From assembly GCA_965214095.1 (NCBI GenBank), contig OZ243938.1:2336001-2400000 (forward strand): DNA of 64,000 bases, given 5' to 3'. The notes below the pieces were generated by a model. That model saw only the letters and a list, made by a program, of their open reading frames with translations. It did not search any database and was not told where the DNA came from. This DNA is from Candidatus Poribacteria bacterium (GTDB lineage Bacteria; Poribacteria; WGA-4E; WGA-3G). Below, one piece after another: positions 29,569-38,678 of the stretch. The position numbers and the translations under genes are program-made. The stretch's first letter is position 1. Each line of letters starts with the position of its first letter.

Positions 29569-29794
29569 CCGTATAAACAACCACCTGCGATTTTTCCTTG
29601 TCCGCAGCATACGCAAAACAAGCCTGAATATCTGACTCGGTTAACTCTGGAAAATCATTCAGAACTTCCGCCACTGTCATACCCGATGCAAGATATTCAA
29701 AGATATCGTAAACGGTAATCCGCATTCCGCGTATACACGGCTTCCCGCTGCGCTTACCTGGTTCAATGGTAATAATATTTCTATAATCCTTCAT
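29513..29794 (-). CDS. DUF433 antitoxin
   Basis: 'PGKRSGKPCIRGMRITV...DFPELTESDIQACFAYA'; AGGAG RBS; overlaps the toxin start. Confidence 0.9.
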   Translation of the reverse strand: MKDYRNIITIEPGKRSGKPCIRGMRITVYDIFEYLASGMTVAEVLNDFPELTESDIQACFAYAADKEKSQVVVYTDETSIRSEPIGPTSDAAG

Positions 29795-30047
29795 TTGTTC
29801 TCCTAACCATCAGAATGAGAGTTTACCATAATGCCTGCCATTTAATCTCCATTCTTACGTTTTGTGTAATGTTTGTTAAATTCGTTCATTAGCACGGGAT
29901 TTCATACACTATATACCTTTACAACCATAATCCAGATTAGTTTAAGTATAACACATTCACCAAATAAATATCAACCAAACTTCAAACCCCACACCCACCA
30001 AAACCACTTGCCTTAAACTCACAAATTACGTTATCATATCAGTAATC

Positions 30048-31034
30048 ATGAACACATCAAAACACCACTCATACACCATAATCCTACTTCTTCTATTCAT
30101 AGGAACTGTACACGCGCAAGTCCTGATAGACGCTGTCATCGCAGTTGTCAATAAACAAGCAATTACTCAAAGCGAACTCATTGATGAATTTCGCATTGAG
30201 ACTATTATAGACAAACCCTTAAAGAAGAAACCGACTGAAACAGATAAACAGACATATTTAGATCGTATCATTAGCCGTAAACTTGTCCTACAAGGGGCTA
30301 AAAAGATAGGAATTACAACTACCGATCACAAGGAACAGGTAGCAGAACGTATCGCTGAGATACATGCCATATTCCCCTCTGAAAAAGCATTTCAAGACGC
30401 TATGCAGAAACAGAAATTAGAGATTGCAACTTTAGAAAAGTGGGTGCATGAACAGATTATTTATGATGCTTATTATAATCGCCAGTTTATTAGTAGGGTT
30501 GATAACAGAGAGATTGATGAATTAGCACCACAGTATTTTGAAGCAAATAAAGAAAAATATGTTGTTCCAGCTACGGTTACGTTTCGTTCTGTCTTGATAG
30601 CCTTCCCATCCGAAAGTTCTGAAGAACAGAAACAAGTTACCAAACGGATTGCAGAACAGATCAATTCACGGTTAATGCGCGGAGAAACTTATGAAAAGAT
30701 TCAGCAAAACTTCAAAACAGATCCTGCTATCAGTATTGATTCTATAACCCTAACAACAGATACTCCCTTGGGAGTAACCGTTGCGAAATTAGAACCCACA
30801 GAACGAGAAGGACCTATCCTTGTTCCAGATGGATATAGGATTGTTGAGCTTATCAAGAAAACTGCTGCCCGGCAAAAACAGTATTCGGAAGTTAAAGACG
30901 AGATCGCCACAATGATTCGACAGAATAAAGCAGAAACCGAATTTAACAGATGGTTGGCGAGACAAAAAACAAGTGTCTCTTGGTATATCATCAACGATGC
31001 ACTTAACCAAATACAGATTCAACCGACAGAATAA
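30048..31034 (+). CDS. SurA-like chaperone / peptidyl-prolyl isomerase
   Basis: Signal peptide; 'IDAVIAVVNKQAITQSEL'; 'GYRIVELI...YSEVKDEI'. Confidence 0.8.
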   Translation: MNTSKHHSYTIILLLLFIGTVHAQVLIDAVIAVVNKQAITQSELIDEFRIETIIDKPLKKKPTETDKQTYLDRIISRKLVLQGAKKIGITTTDHKEQVAERIAEIHAIFPSEKAFQDAMQKQKLEIATLEKWVHEQIIYDAYYNRQFISRVDNREIDELAPQYFEANKEKYVVPATVTFRSVLIAFPSESSEEQKQVTKRIAEQINSRLMRGETYEKIQQNFKTDPAISIDSITLTTDTPLGVTVAKLEPTEREGPILVPDGYRIVELIKKTAARQKQYSEVKDEIATMIRQNKAETEFNRWLARQKTSVSWYIINDALNQIQIQPTE

Positions 31035-31038
31035 CCCG

Positions 31039-32646
31039 ATGAAACACCTGCGGTTACGAACATTCATCTGCACACTATTTCTGATATGCACTGCATCAGT
31101 TTTTGGTGAAGTCTTGCAGTGGGATATAGCCACCTATCCTGCAGATGTTCGGGAGCAACTTGATAAGGCACAACAAGCATTCAAAAAAGAGAAATTTGCG
31201 GAAGCATTCCATTTATATCAAACAATTACTCATGACAAACCAACATTTCTAATGGCACATATCGGGGAAGGTGATGCAGCCGCGAAATTAGGACGTTATC
31301 CCAATGCGATTGAGGCATTTCAACAGGCATTGCAACTGATTTCAGAGATTCCCTATGCTGAACGTGTCTCCTTTGAACCGACAGTACAAGCTAAACTTGC
31401 CACCGTCTATCATCGTAACAAACAACTTGATGAAGCAGATACATTGTTTCAGACAGCGATCAAAGGAGCAGGAGAAAACGCACCAGTCACATGGCGTATC
31501 GCTTTGGGACAGATTGAAACCGAACGCGGCAATTTTGAAAAGGCGCGGCGTTACTACATCACGGCAGTACAACTTTTTCCAGACACAACCGCTGTCTATA
31601 ACAACCTTGGACATGTCCTACTAAAACTTAACCGTATTGATGAAGCAGATGCAGTGTTTCGTCATGCCTTGACATTGAATCAAACGTTAGCAAGTGCTGC
31701 TTTTGGTAGAGGTGAAGTCGCAGCAAAACGCAGTCAATTCCTTGCAGCAAAACGTTTTTACGAACAGGCTATCCAACAATCACCACATGAACCGATATTC
31801 TATAAATCCCTTGCAGATGTGCTTGATCAACTTAAGGATACCGAAGCGGCGAAACGTGCACGCCAACGTTACAAGCAGACATTAGCAGAAGCCTATCGTC
31901 TACAGGCACATCGGTATATTGAAAAACAGCAAGGGAAACCCGCTCTGGAACTACTAACGAAGGCACTTGAAGTAGACGCAACCTATATCCCCGCACTAAA
32001 AGATTATGCTTATGTTCAGATGCAGATGAAAAACCTTACATCAGCGAAGCAAACATATCTGCAAGTGCTTGAATTAGAACCTGTTTCAAGGCAAGCATTG
32101 CTACATCTCGGTATGATAACAGCACAACTTGGGAAGCGAGGTGAAGCAGAATCTCACTTTCTTACACTTATTCAACACGATCCAGACTTCATGGATACGT
32201 ACTCACAGCTTGCCAATCTCCGTGAAACGTCAAATAATCTCAGAGGTGCTGAAAATGCACTTACGATGGGAATTCAGCATCAACCTACATGGGCACCAGG
32301 ATATTGGTGGCGTGGACAGATTTACCAAAAACTTGGTGACGCATCCAAGGCTGAGTCAGATTTTCGCCGTGCCATCCGACTCGCCCCTGACATCCCATTT
32401 CCAAAAGATGCTTTAGCTGCACAACTCGCGAAAGAAAATAGATCGCTTGATGAAGCGCGAACACTTGCTGAAGCTGCTGTGACAAGTGATAACAGACCCA
32501 CACATATCGCAACGTTGGCACTTGTCTATTACCGTCTCAAACGGATATCTGACGCGCAACGCGAAATAAAGAAGGCTCATTCACAAGATCCAAAGAACCC
32601 TTATATTCTACAAATTCGTTCAGAAATTCTACAGATTGATAATTAG
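31039..32646 (+). CDS. Secreted tetratricopeptide-repeat protein
   Basis: Many TPR units ('VYNNLGHVLLKLNRIDEA', 'YWWRGQIYQKLGD'); signal peptide. Confidence 0.88.
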   Translation: MKHLRLRTFICTLFLICTASVFGEVLQWDIATYPADVREQLDKAQQAFKKEKFAEAFHLYQTITHDKPTFLMAHIGEGDAAAKLGRYPNAIEAFQQALQLISEIPYAERVSFEPTVQAKLATVYHRNKQLDEADTLFQTAIKGAGENAPVTWRIALGQIETERGNFEKARRYYITAVQLFPDTTAVYNNLGHVLLKLNRIDEADAVFRHALTLNQTLASAAFGRGEVAAKRSQFLAAKRFYEQAIQQSPHEPIFYKSLADVLDQLKDTEAAKRARQRYKQTLAEAYRLQAHRYIEKQQGKPALELLTKALEVDATYIPALKDYAYVQMQMKNLTSAKQTYLQVLELEPVSRQALLHLGMITAQLGKRGEAESHFLTLIQHDPDFMDTYSQLANLRETSNNLRGAENALTMGIQHQPTWAPGYWWRGQIYQKLGDASKAESDFRRAIRLAPDIPFPKDALAAQLAKENRSLDEARTLAEAAVTSDNRPTHIATLALVYYRLKRISDAQREIKKAHSQDPKNPYILQIRSEILQIDN

Positions 32647-32681
32647 TGCAAAAATACTAGTGGAGTGTCCATTCGGACATT

Positions 32682-32763
32682 GTAGGTCGGGTAGAGGCAC
32701 GAAACCCGACTTTATTGATGATAGATGGCTGCATGTCGGGTTTCGTGCCTCTACCCGACATAC
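32682..32763. repeat. Inverted GTAG-REP pair (GTAGGTCGGGTAGAGGCACGAAACCCGAC family)
   Basis: 29-nt unit and its near-perfect reverse complement separated by a ~24-nt spacer. Confidence 0.75.
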
Positions 32764-32893
32764 AAGATTAGTGTAGACAGAACAATAGATAGTGTTTACA
32801 TCTGAAAAGTTTAACATTTACATAATATTTTAGTAGTCTGTATTCATGAAGGACATTAGTTAATAATCATATACCACACCGAAAGGAAAATCA

Positions 32894-33616
32894 ATGAATT
32901 GCCTTGATTATGGACTTTCTTTCATCAACTCTGTTGGCAACGGAAACGCGCCTCGCTTTTGGGTCGAATCTCGATGTCGCATCATAGATAACACAGATGG
33001 AAGTTTTAGCGATTATTACCAATGTGGTTCGTGTAAGAGTGAACACACCTTTGCAGAGAAAAACCTCTTCACAAATCCAAACTATGACTTCCTCCCTGTT
33101 TTTGGTGAAGAACATATAGCGGTATTCAGAAGGCATGCATACTGTAACGATAACTATGTCGAGTATAGACCAGCACAAAATTATTGGGGAGGTCCCCTGT
33201 TTGATGTTCAAGAGGCATCGCAGGTCAGGGTCCTTGATAGCAACGCAGACATTTTAGAGGCGACACAAAAATGTCTACCCATCGTAACACACACAGAAAT
33301 ATGGGATACCAATACACGGCAGCGGGCAATTATTGAGTGTCCAGTTAAAACGATGAACATAGACGAAAACGCATGCCTGTACCAAGTTGATACAGGAATT
33401 GTTCTGTTTCCAGATCTGTCAAAGCGATACGATCGGCAGATAGAGACGTTCAGCCTCGCTTACGTTGCTTTCAACGCATCGCACTTCGCTGACTTCGTTA
33501 TTGAACGTCCCACTGCCATCATCAAAAATGGAGTGGAAGTTGCCCAAGTTTACCACTATTCCGAAGTTCGGAGTTTAGAAGCAAAGAATACCGTGTTCTG
33601 CATCGGTCAACTTTGA
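32894..33616 (+). CDS. Hypothetical protein with CxxCKSEH motif
   Basis: AAGGA RBS; 240-aa ORF. Confidence 0.7.
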   Translation: MNCLDYGLSFINSVGNGNAPRFWVESRCRIIDNTDGSFSDYYQCGSCKSEHTFAEKNLFTNPNYDFLPVFGEEHIAVFRRHAYCNDNYVEYRPAQNYWGGPLFDVQEASQVRVLDSNADILEATQKCLPIVTHTEIWDTNTRQRAIIECPVKTMNIDENACLYQVDTGIVLFPDLSKRYDRQIETFSLAYVAFNASHFADFVIERPTAIIKNGVEVAQVYHYSEVRSLEAKNTVFCIGQL

Positions 33617-33625
33617 CAGACACTC

Positions 33626-33774
33626 CATAAACGTCAATTTAGCATCCTTCCAAGTACCGGTAGGTTCGGTTTCCTAACCGAACCAGCTTTGTGCCAAATA
33701 CCTTCATAGAGGTTCTCGCACAGGTTCCGTGCGGTTAGGAAACCGCACCTACCGGCCTGGGGAAAACGCCTATG
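33626..33774. mobile_element. MITE-B, IS-free copy in reverse orientation (one TIR partly deleted) with a degenerate 20-bp TSD
   Basis: CATAAACGTCAATTTAG...ACGCCTATG; flanks 33606-33625 and 33775-33794 match at 17/20. Confidence 0.8.
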
Positions 33775-34049
33775 GTGAGCTTTGACATACACTCCCGCAG
33801 GATTCATTTCCCGACAATTTTGGTGATGAAATGTTAACTTAACGTAACAATTTAAACCAAATGTGCGTTGTATAAAATTAAATACTTGAAAAAAAAAGTG
33901 AATTATGTTAACATTATAATAGGTTGTGTAGTACATAAACTTGAAGAGTGACTAACATAAAACGACTTTTTACTATAAAGTCTCAATAATAGATACGTAA
34001 CTCTTCTTCAATTATTACTTTAGAATTCTATAGATAAGGAGCATTAATA

Positions 34050-34715
34050 ATGCTAAAATTTCAGATATCCCTTATTCTTATTTTAATAGGTTGTATGGCT
34101 ATTATGTCTTGCAGCCGGACACATGATGCATTAGAGGATGTCATGATGGATCCTGAACCAGAAATGATGGATGATTACAAGTCATGGGAACATGCTATGC
34201 TTGCTGGAGCAGTAATGGACTTTGGAGGCGAGGCTCACGATTTAGGGGCACGTATAATCTATTTTAACGAAGCCGCTGCTACAGCTAACAAGGATGGCAC
34301 AGATTACCCTGTTGGTTCTGTAATTGTCAAAGAATCCATGGATACAGCAAACACATTTATCTCACAGATTTCAACGATGACGAAAATCGATTCTGCAGAT
34401 AATGATGGTTGGGAATACGGTGTAAGTGGTCCTCCTGCTGCAACAGCAGAAGAGTTGATGATGACAAATCAACTTACTGCAGAAATGGGTATGCAAGCCT
34501 GCCATTTTTGCCATGCAAAAGCCCCCGATGGTAAATCTGTCTTCGTTTCGCTTAAAATGGATGAAGAAATGATGGAAGGCATGGGTGAAGGCACCGAAGG
34601 TATGGGTGAAGGCACCGAAGACAACGGCGATGGCAACGGTGGTACTAACGGCGATGGCAACGGTGGTACTAACGGCAATGGCAACGGTGGTAACGAAGAC
34701 CACGGCAGTGCCTAA
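34050..34715 (+). CDS. Cytochrome P460-family lipoprotein with a Gly/Asn low-complexity tail
   Basis: Lipobox IMSC; 'YPVGSVIVKE', 'GWEY', heme motif CHFCH. Confidence 0.75.
   Translation: MLKFQISLILILIGCMAIMSCSRTHDALEDVMMDPEPEMMDDYKSWEHAMLAGAVMDFGGEAHDLGARIIYFNEAAATANKDGTDYPVGSVIVKESMDTANTFISQISTMTKIDSADNDGWEYGVSGPPAATAEELMMTNQLTAEMGMQACHFCHAKAPDGKSVFVSLKMDEEMMEGMGEGTEGMGEGTEDNGDGNGGTNGDGNGGTNGNGNGGNEDHGSA
34575..34695 (+). repeat. Coding tandem repeats: 21-bp x2 (EGMGEGT) then 24-bp x3 (NGDGNGGT)
   Basis: GAAGGYATGGGTGAAGGCACC and AACGGCRATGGCAACGGTGGTAMY units. Confidence 0.85.
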
Positions 34716-34739
34716 AACATCTCACATTACATACAACAG

Positions 34740-34789
34740 AATCGGATTGGTAGAACATTGAGTTGTTCCCAATCCGATTTTTATTTTTT
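34740..34789 (+). terminator. Rho-independent terminator after the P460-like gene
   Basis: AATCGGATTGG...CCAATCCGATT stem followed by a T-rich tract. Confidence 0.7.
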
Positions 34790-34907
34790 CAAATCTCAGT
34801 AGGTGTGGTTTCCTAACCAATTCAGAATACCAGAGGTGTATTCTGACATAAACATCAATTAAGTGAATTTCTTTTATCTGAATCTCGGATTTGCACGGAT
34901 GACTCTT

Positions 34908-34950
34908 ATCCTGCAAATCTACTAATCCTGAAAATCCTGGTTCAGACAAT
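34908..34950. repeat. Dispersed ATCCTG...AATCCTGGTTCAGACAA repeat family
   Basis: Related copies at ~59564-59578 (inverted), ~59738-59771 and ~63703-63763. Confidence 0.6.
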
Positions 34951-35221
34951 AAGGAATACAAACCAATAACAAGAAACGCGTTAGTAGTCGCGCAATTCAT
35001 TGCGCCTCTTACATTCGACAATTGAAGATAAAACTACAAATGCACAATGATACCTTATCTATTAGAAATGGTATAACTGCAAACATTCGGCGTTGCTTTG
35101 GAAGGTGTTATATGGTAAAATATTCCGTATATTGATTATCTCACTAATCCAATAAGCGGTGAATCTTCAGATTCGCTACAAATGATACACGTTACACATA
35201 AGAATTGAAACACAAACCACC

Positions 35222-36418
35222 ATGCATATACTCTGCGCCAACGTAGGAAGCACCTCGTTCAAATACCAAATCCTTGACATGAAAACGACGACCTCCCTCG
35301 TCAAAGGTGGGATAGACCGTATCGGCAATTCACCGTCTGCCTATACACACGCCGTACCGGGCAAACCAGCACGTGAGGGTGAAATTGATGCACCGTCTCA
35401 CATTGACGCAATTGCACATGCCATGCAACTCATCACTGATCCTGAAGTCGGTTGTCTAACTGACCTAAACGAATTGGATGGAGTTGGTTTCAAAACTATT
35501 CTCGCCAAAGGATATTGGCGTTCTGCACGGATTACTGAGGATGTTATCGACGCATTAGAAGCATCCACTCCGCTTGCCCCGATGCACAATCCATTCTATA
35601 TAGCCTCCATCCGTGCATTTCAAGAACTCCTCCCGACTACACCACTTGTTGCTGTTTTTGAGACGTGGTTTCATCAAACCATACCAGATTATGCCTACGA
35701 ATTCGGTGTGCCTCGTTTCTGGGTAGAAAAGCACGGTATTCGCAAATACGGGTTCCACGGCGCATCTCATCGTTACATCTCCGAACGCGTGCCGCAAATT
35801 CTCGGTCGTGAAAATGATGATGGACTTCGGATTATCTCCTGTCACCTCGGTGGGAGTTCCTCTATCTGCGCTATCAAAGACGGCAAATCTATTGACACGT
35901 CAATGGGAGCATCAACACAATACGGTATGATACAATCCACCCGTTGCGGTGATTTAGATGCTTTCGCTGTCCTATATCTGATGGACAAAGAAGGATTTTC
36001 TACCGATGAAATACGTCGACAACTGATAGATGAATCGGGGGTGAAAGGCATCTCTGGTACAAGTGGTGATATGCGCGATGTGGAATCGGAAATTCAAGAA
36101 GGTAACGACAGCGCACGTTTAGCATTAGATACTTATGTATATGGCGTAAAAAAGTATATCGGTGCGTATATCGCTGCACTCGGTGGGGTTGATGTAATTG
36201 CATTTGCTGGAGGTATCGGAGAAAAAAGTGCAATAACACGGTCAAAAATCTGTGATGGACTTGACTGGTGCGGTATCCATTTAGACTCTGAAAAGAATGA
36301 CAAATGCTCTGGAGAAGGTGACCTTTCAGCAGAAAACAGTCGGACTAAAATACTTGTTGTATCTACAAATGAGGAACTTATCGTATCGCGTGAAACAGCA
36401 CGTGTGTTGTCTGAGTAA
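35222..36418 (+). CDS. ackA: Acetate/propionate kinase
   Basis: 'NVGSTSFKY', 'LAPMHNP', 'RKYGFHGASH', 'CHLGG', 'TRCGD', 'GGIGE', 'TNEEL'. Confidence 0.9.
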   Translation: MHILCANVGSTSFKYQILDMKTTTSLVKGGIDRIGNSPSAYTHAVPGKPAREGEIDAPSHIDAIAHAMQLITDPEVGCLTDLNELDGVGFKTILAKGYWRSARITEDVIDALEASTPLAPMHNPFYIASIRAFQELLPTTPLVAVFETWFHQTIPDYAYEFGVPRFWVEKHGIRKYGFHGASHRYISERVPQILGRENDDGLRIISCHLGGSSSICAIKDGKSIDTSMGASTQYGMIQSTRCGDLDAFAVLYLMDKEGFSTDEIRRQLIDESGVKGISGTSGDMRDVESEIQEGNDSARLALDTYVYGVKKYIGAYIAALGGVDVIAFAGGIGEKSAITRSKICDGLDWCGIHLDSEKNDKCSGEGDLSAENSRTKILVVSTNEELIVSRETARVLSE

Positions 36419-36451
36419 TCCTATCTGTGAACTATCAATAACACTGCTTTC

Positions 36452-37228
36452 CTACATCAAATATTCCCGTTCTTGAAAAATACGGATAGCAAGCCACATC
36501 ACACCAATCGTGAGCAAACCAACCACTAACGCAGCAACCCACACTGCAGGCGGCGTATCTCCTAATAGATTTTCAAGGATGTCCCCACCTAATCTATATT
36601 CTGGAAATAAAGTCATCAGGTAATGTTTATATGCCAACCTTTTGATACCAATTGGCATTCCAGGGATTGCTGTAACTATCTCCCACCCGAACACAAAGAG
36701 CAGCATCCAGATCACCGGTTGCTGAAACCGCGTGGATATTAGCACTGCTAACGTCCCATAAGCTAACAATCCTAACGATAACGAACCGGTGTACACGAAG
36801 CTCATGCCTATTACTAACAAACGCTTTCTGAGTTTGGGATGTGTCTCAATAATCCCCGTCAATAGTAGATGGGAAACCGTAATAAGGACAACAGTTCCGA
36901 TCAAGTATGCTGCAAATTTGGTTAGCAGTAGCAACGGTTTTTTGATGGGCCGCATCTGAAGATATGTCAACCCTCTGCCTTCCACCTCATCAGAAACGAT
37001 TGCTGTCCCGTAAAAGATCGCACATATATTGGTCAAAAACCCATATAAGTAAAAGGTAATGTTAGGAATAAAGGAGTTCACGGCTGATGCGCGGTCTACA
37101 TAAAACCGAAATATAATTGCGATGACAAGCGGCAGAATACATCCCGATAGGATCAGGAGTCCTCGCTTAGAGAAGAACAACTGACGGAGTGTTAGTTTGA
37201 AGATGGCAAAATATACAGGAAATGACAT
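36452..37228 (-). CDS. ABC-2 type transporter permease
   Basis: Six TM segments; 'SDEVEGRGLTYLQMRPI...LLTKF'. Confidence 0.8.
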   Translation of the reverse strand: MSFPVYFAIFKLTLRQLFFSKRGLLILSGCILPLVIAIIFRFYVDRASAVNSFIPNITFYLYGFLTNICAIFYGTAIVSDEVEGRGLTYLQMRPIKKPLLLLTKFAAYLIGTVVLITVSHLLLTGIIETHPKLRKRLLVIGMSFVYTGSLSLGLLAYGTLAVLISTRFQQPVIWMLLFVFGWEIVTAIPGMPIGIKRLAYKHYLMTLFPEYRLGGDILENLLGDTPPAVWVAALVVGLLTIGVMWLAIRIFQEREYLM

Positions 37229-37330
37229 AAGTGAGTCTTTATGATGGTTTAGTGTCTTTACATGTTATAGTAACATATAAATACAGATTTTTGCAAACCT
37301 TTGTTGATAGATTATGTAGAGTTTTCGTAT

Positions 37331-37465
37331 TGTAGTAAAAATCATAATTATTTACACACGACGGTAGGTTCGGTTTCCTAACCGAACCGGTGTATGTTCA
37401 GTTACATAGATACGGTTAGGAAACCGCATCTACCGGGAATGTGCACATATTTTGATTTCACTATA
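37331..37465. mobile_element. MITE-A, uninterrupted copy; followed by a degenerate MITE-C-like REP pair (37511-37577)
   Basis: Matches 63366-63503 (reverse) and the outer shell at 19660-21495. Confidence 0.78.
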
Positions 37466-37630
37466 ATATTATTTCTAAATGATAATTTGCCATTACCAAG
37501 ACACGCGTTTGTAGTCGTGCAATTCATTGCACCTCTTTTACTACTGAATGTCCGAAGCGCATGAATCGTGCGACTACGAACCTTCTATTTCTTGTCTGTA
37601 GTGATAGAGGTGGTAAATTTGAGAATATCT

Positions 37631-37658
37631 TTGACAAGAGACTTGCGTTTGGTATAAT
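37631..37658 (+). promoter_or_regulatory. Sigma70-type promoter
   Basis: TTGACA-N16-TATAAT with extended TG, 34 bp before the ATG. Confidence 0.6.
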
Positions 37659-37691
37659 AACTACATAGTCTATGAATATGAAAGGATTCCC

Positions 37692-38531
37692 ATGCTTAAA
37701 ATAATTGACACACACCAGCACCTATGGGATACATCTCACTTACCATATCCGTGGTTAGATGGATTTGACTTACTCAAGCAGCAATATACACCACAAGATT
37801 ATCGTGACGCAATTGGAGATATTAACGTCGTCAAATCGGTGCACGTTGAAGGTGATCCTGCCGAAACACATGTCGTGCAAGAAGTGGAATGGCTAACGCA
37901 CATCGCAGAAACAGATGGTATGATAGGTGCAATTGCCGCTGCTGCGCCACTTGAAGAGCCAGACGTTGAATCTACACTTGAACAACTTGCAGGGTTTGAA
38001 CTTGTTGTCGGTGTTAGACGGATGGCATGGCACCGTCCAGACAATCAATTTTATGCTACTCCAGAACTGATTAATGGCGTGAAATTATTAGCAAAATACG
38101 ATCTCTCTTTTGAACTCTGTGCGAAACACGACCAACTTCCCGCTGCCCTTGACTTAGTAAAAGCCACGCCAGAGGTTAGACATGCTGTGAACCACTGCGG
38201 TGGCCCCAATATAAAAGACGGCGAGTTTGAACCGTGGGCAACCCACATGCGCAAACTCGCCGCCTTTGATAATGTCCTGTGCAAAGTGTCTGGAATTGTA
38301 ACAACTGCCAGTGAAAACTGGACATCCGATGAACTCAAACCTTACATCAGACATCTCGTTGATGCCTTTGGTTATGACCGTCTGATGTTTGGTAGCGATT
38401 GGCCTGTATGCACTTTAGCTGCCGAATATCAGATGTGGTTCAACACACTTCTCTCGGCTATTGACGATGCATCCGATTCGGAGAAAGACCTATTCTTCTA
38501 CCAAAACGCTTTAGAGTTCTATAAGATGTAA
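37692..38531 (+). CDS. Amidohydrolase family 2 (L-fuconolactonase-like)
   Basis: 'IDTHQHLW', 'NHCGGP', 'CKVSG', 'RLMFGSDWPVC'. Confidence 0.9.
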   Translation: MLKIIDTHQHLWDTSHLPYPWLDGFDLLKQQYTPQDYRDAIGDINVVKSVHVEGDPAETHVVQEVEWLTHIAETDGMIGAIAAAAPLEEPDVESTLEQLAGFELVVGVRRMAWHRPDNQFYATPELINGVKLLAKYDLSFELCAKHDQLPAALDLVKATPEVRHAVNHCGGPNIKDGEFEPWATHMRKLAAFDNVLCKVSGIVTTASENWTSDELKPYIRHLVDAFGYDRLMFGSDWPVCTLAAEYQMWFNTLLSAIDDASDSEKDLFFYQNALEFYKM

Positions 38532-38666
38532 TACCACTTCTAAATAAAAACTACTCATTATCAAAACAGACGCTCGTAGTCGCGCAATTCATTGCGCCTC
38601 GGACATTCAGCAAATTGAGGATAAATCTACAAATGCCCAATGATACCTTATCTATTAGAAATGGTA
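38532..38666. mobile_element. MITE-C copy duplicating the TAA stop codon of the amidohydrolase
   Basis: TAA at 38529-38531 and 38667-38669. Confidence 0.82.
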
Positions 38667-38678
38667 TAAGTATTCACA

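Noticed and set aside
33634-35021. Short ORFs 33634-33936 and 34722-35021, and similar ones at 14395, 23819, 37524, 40643, 46204 and 62529
   Set aside because: They are translations of MITE/REP sequence or antisense shadows with no RBS or domain.
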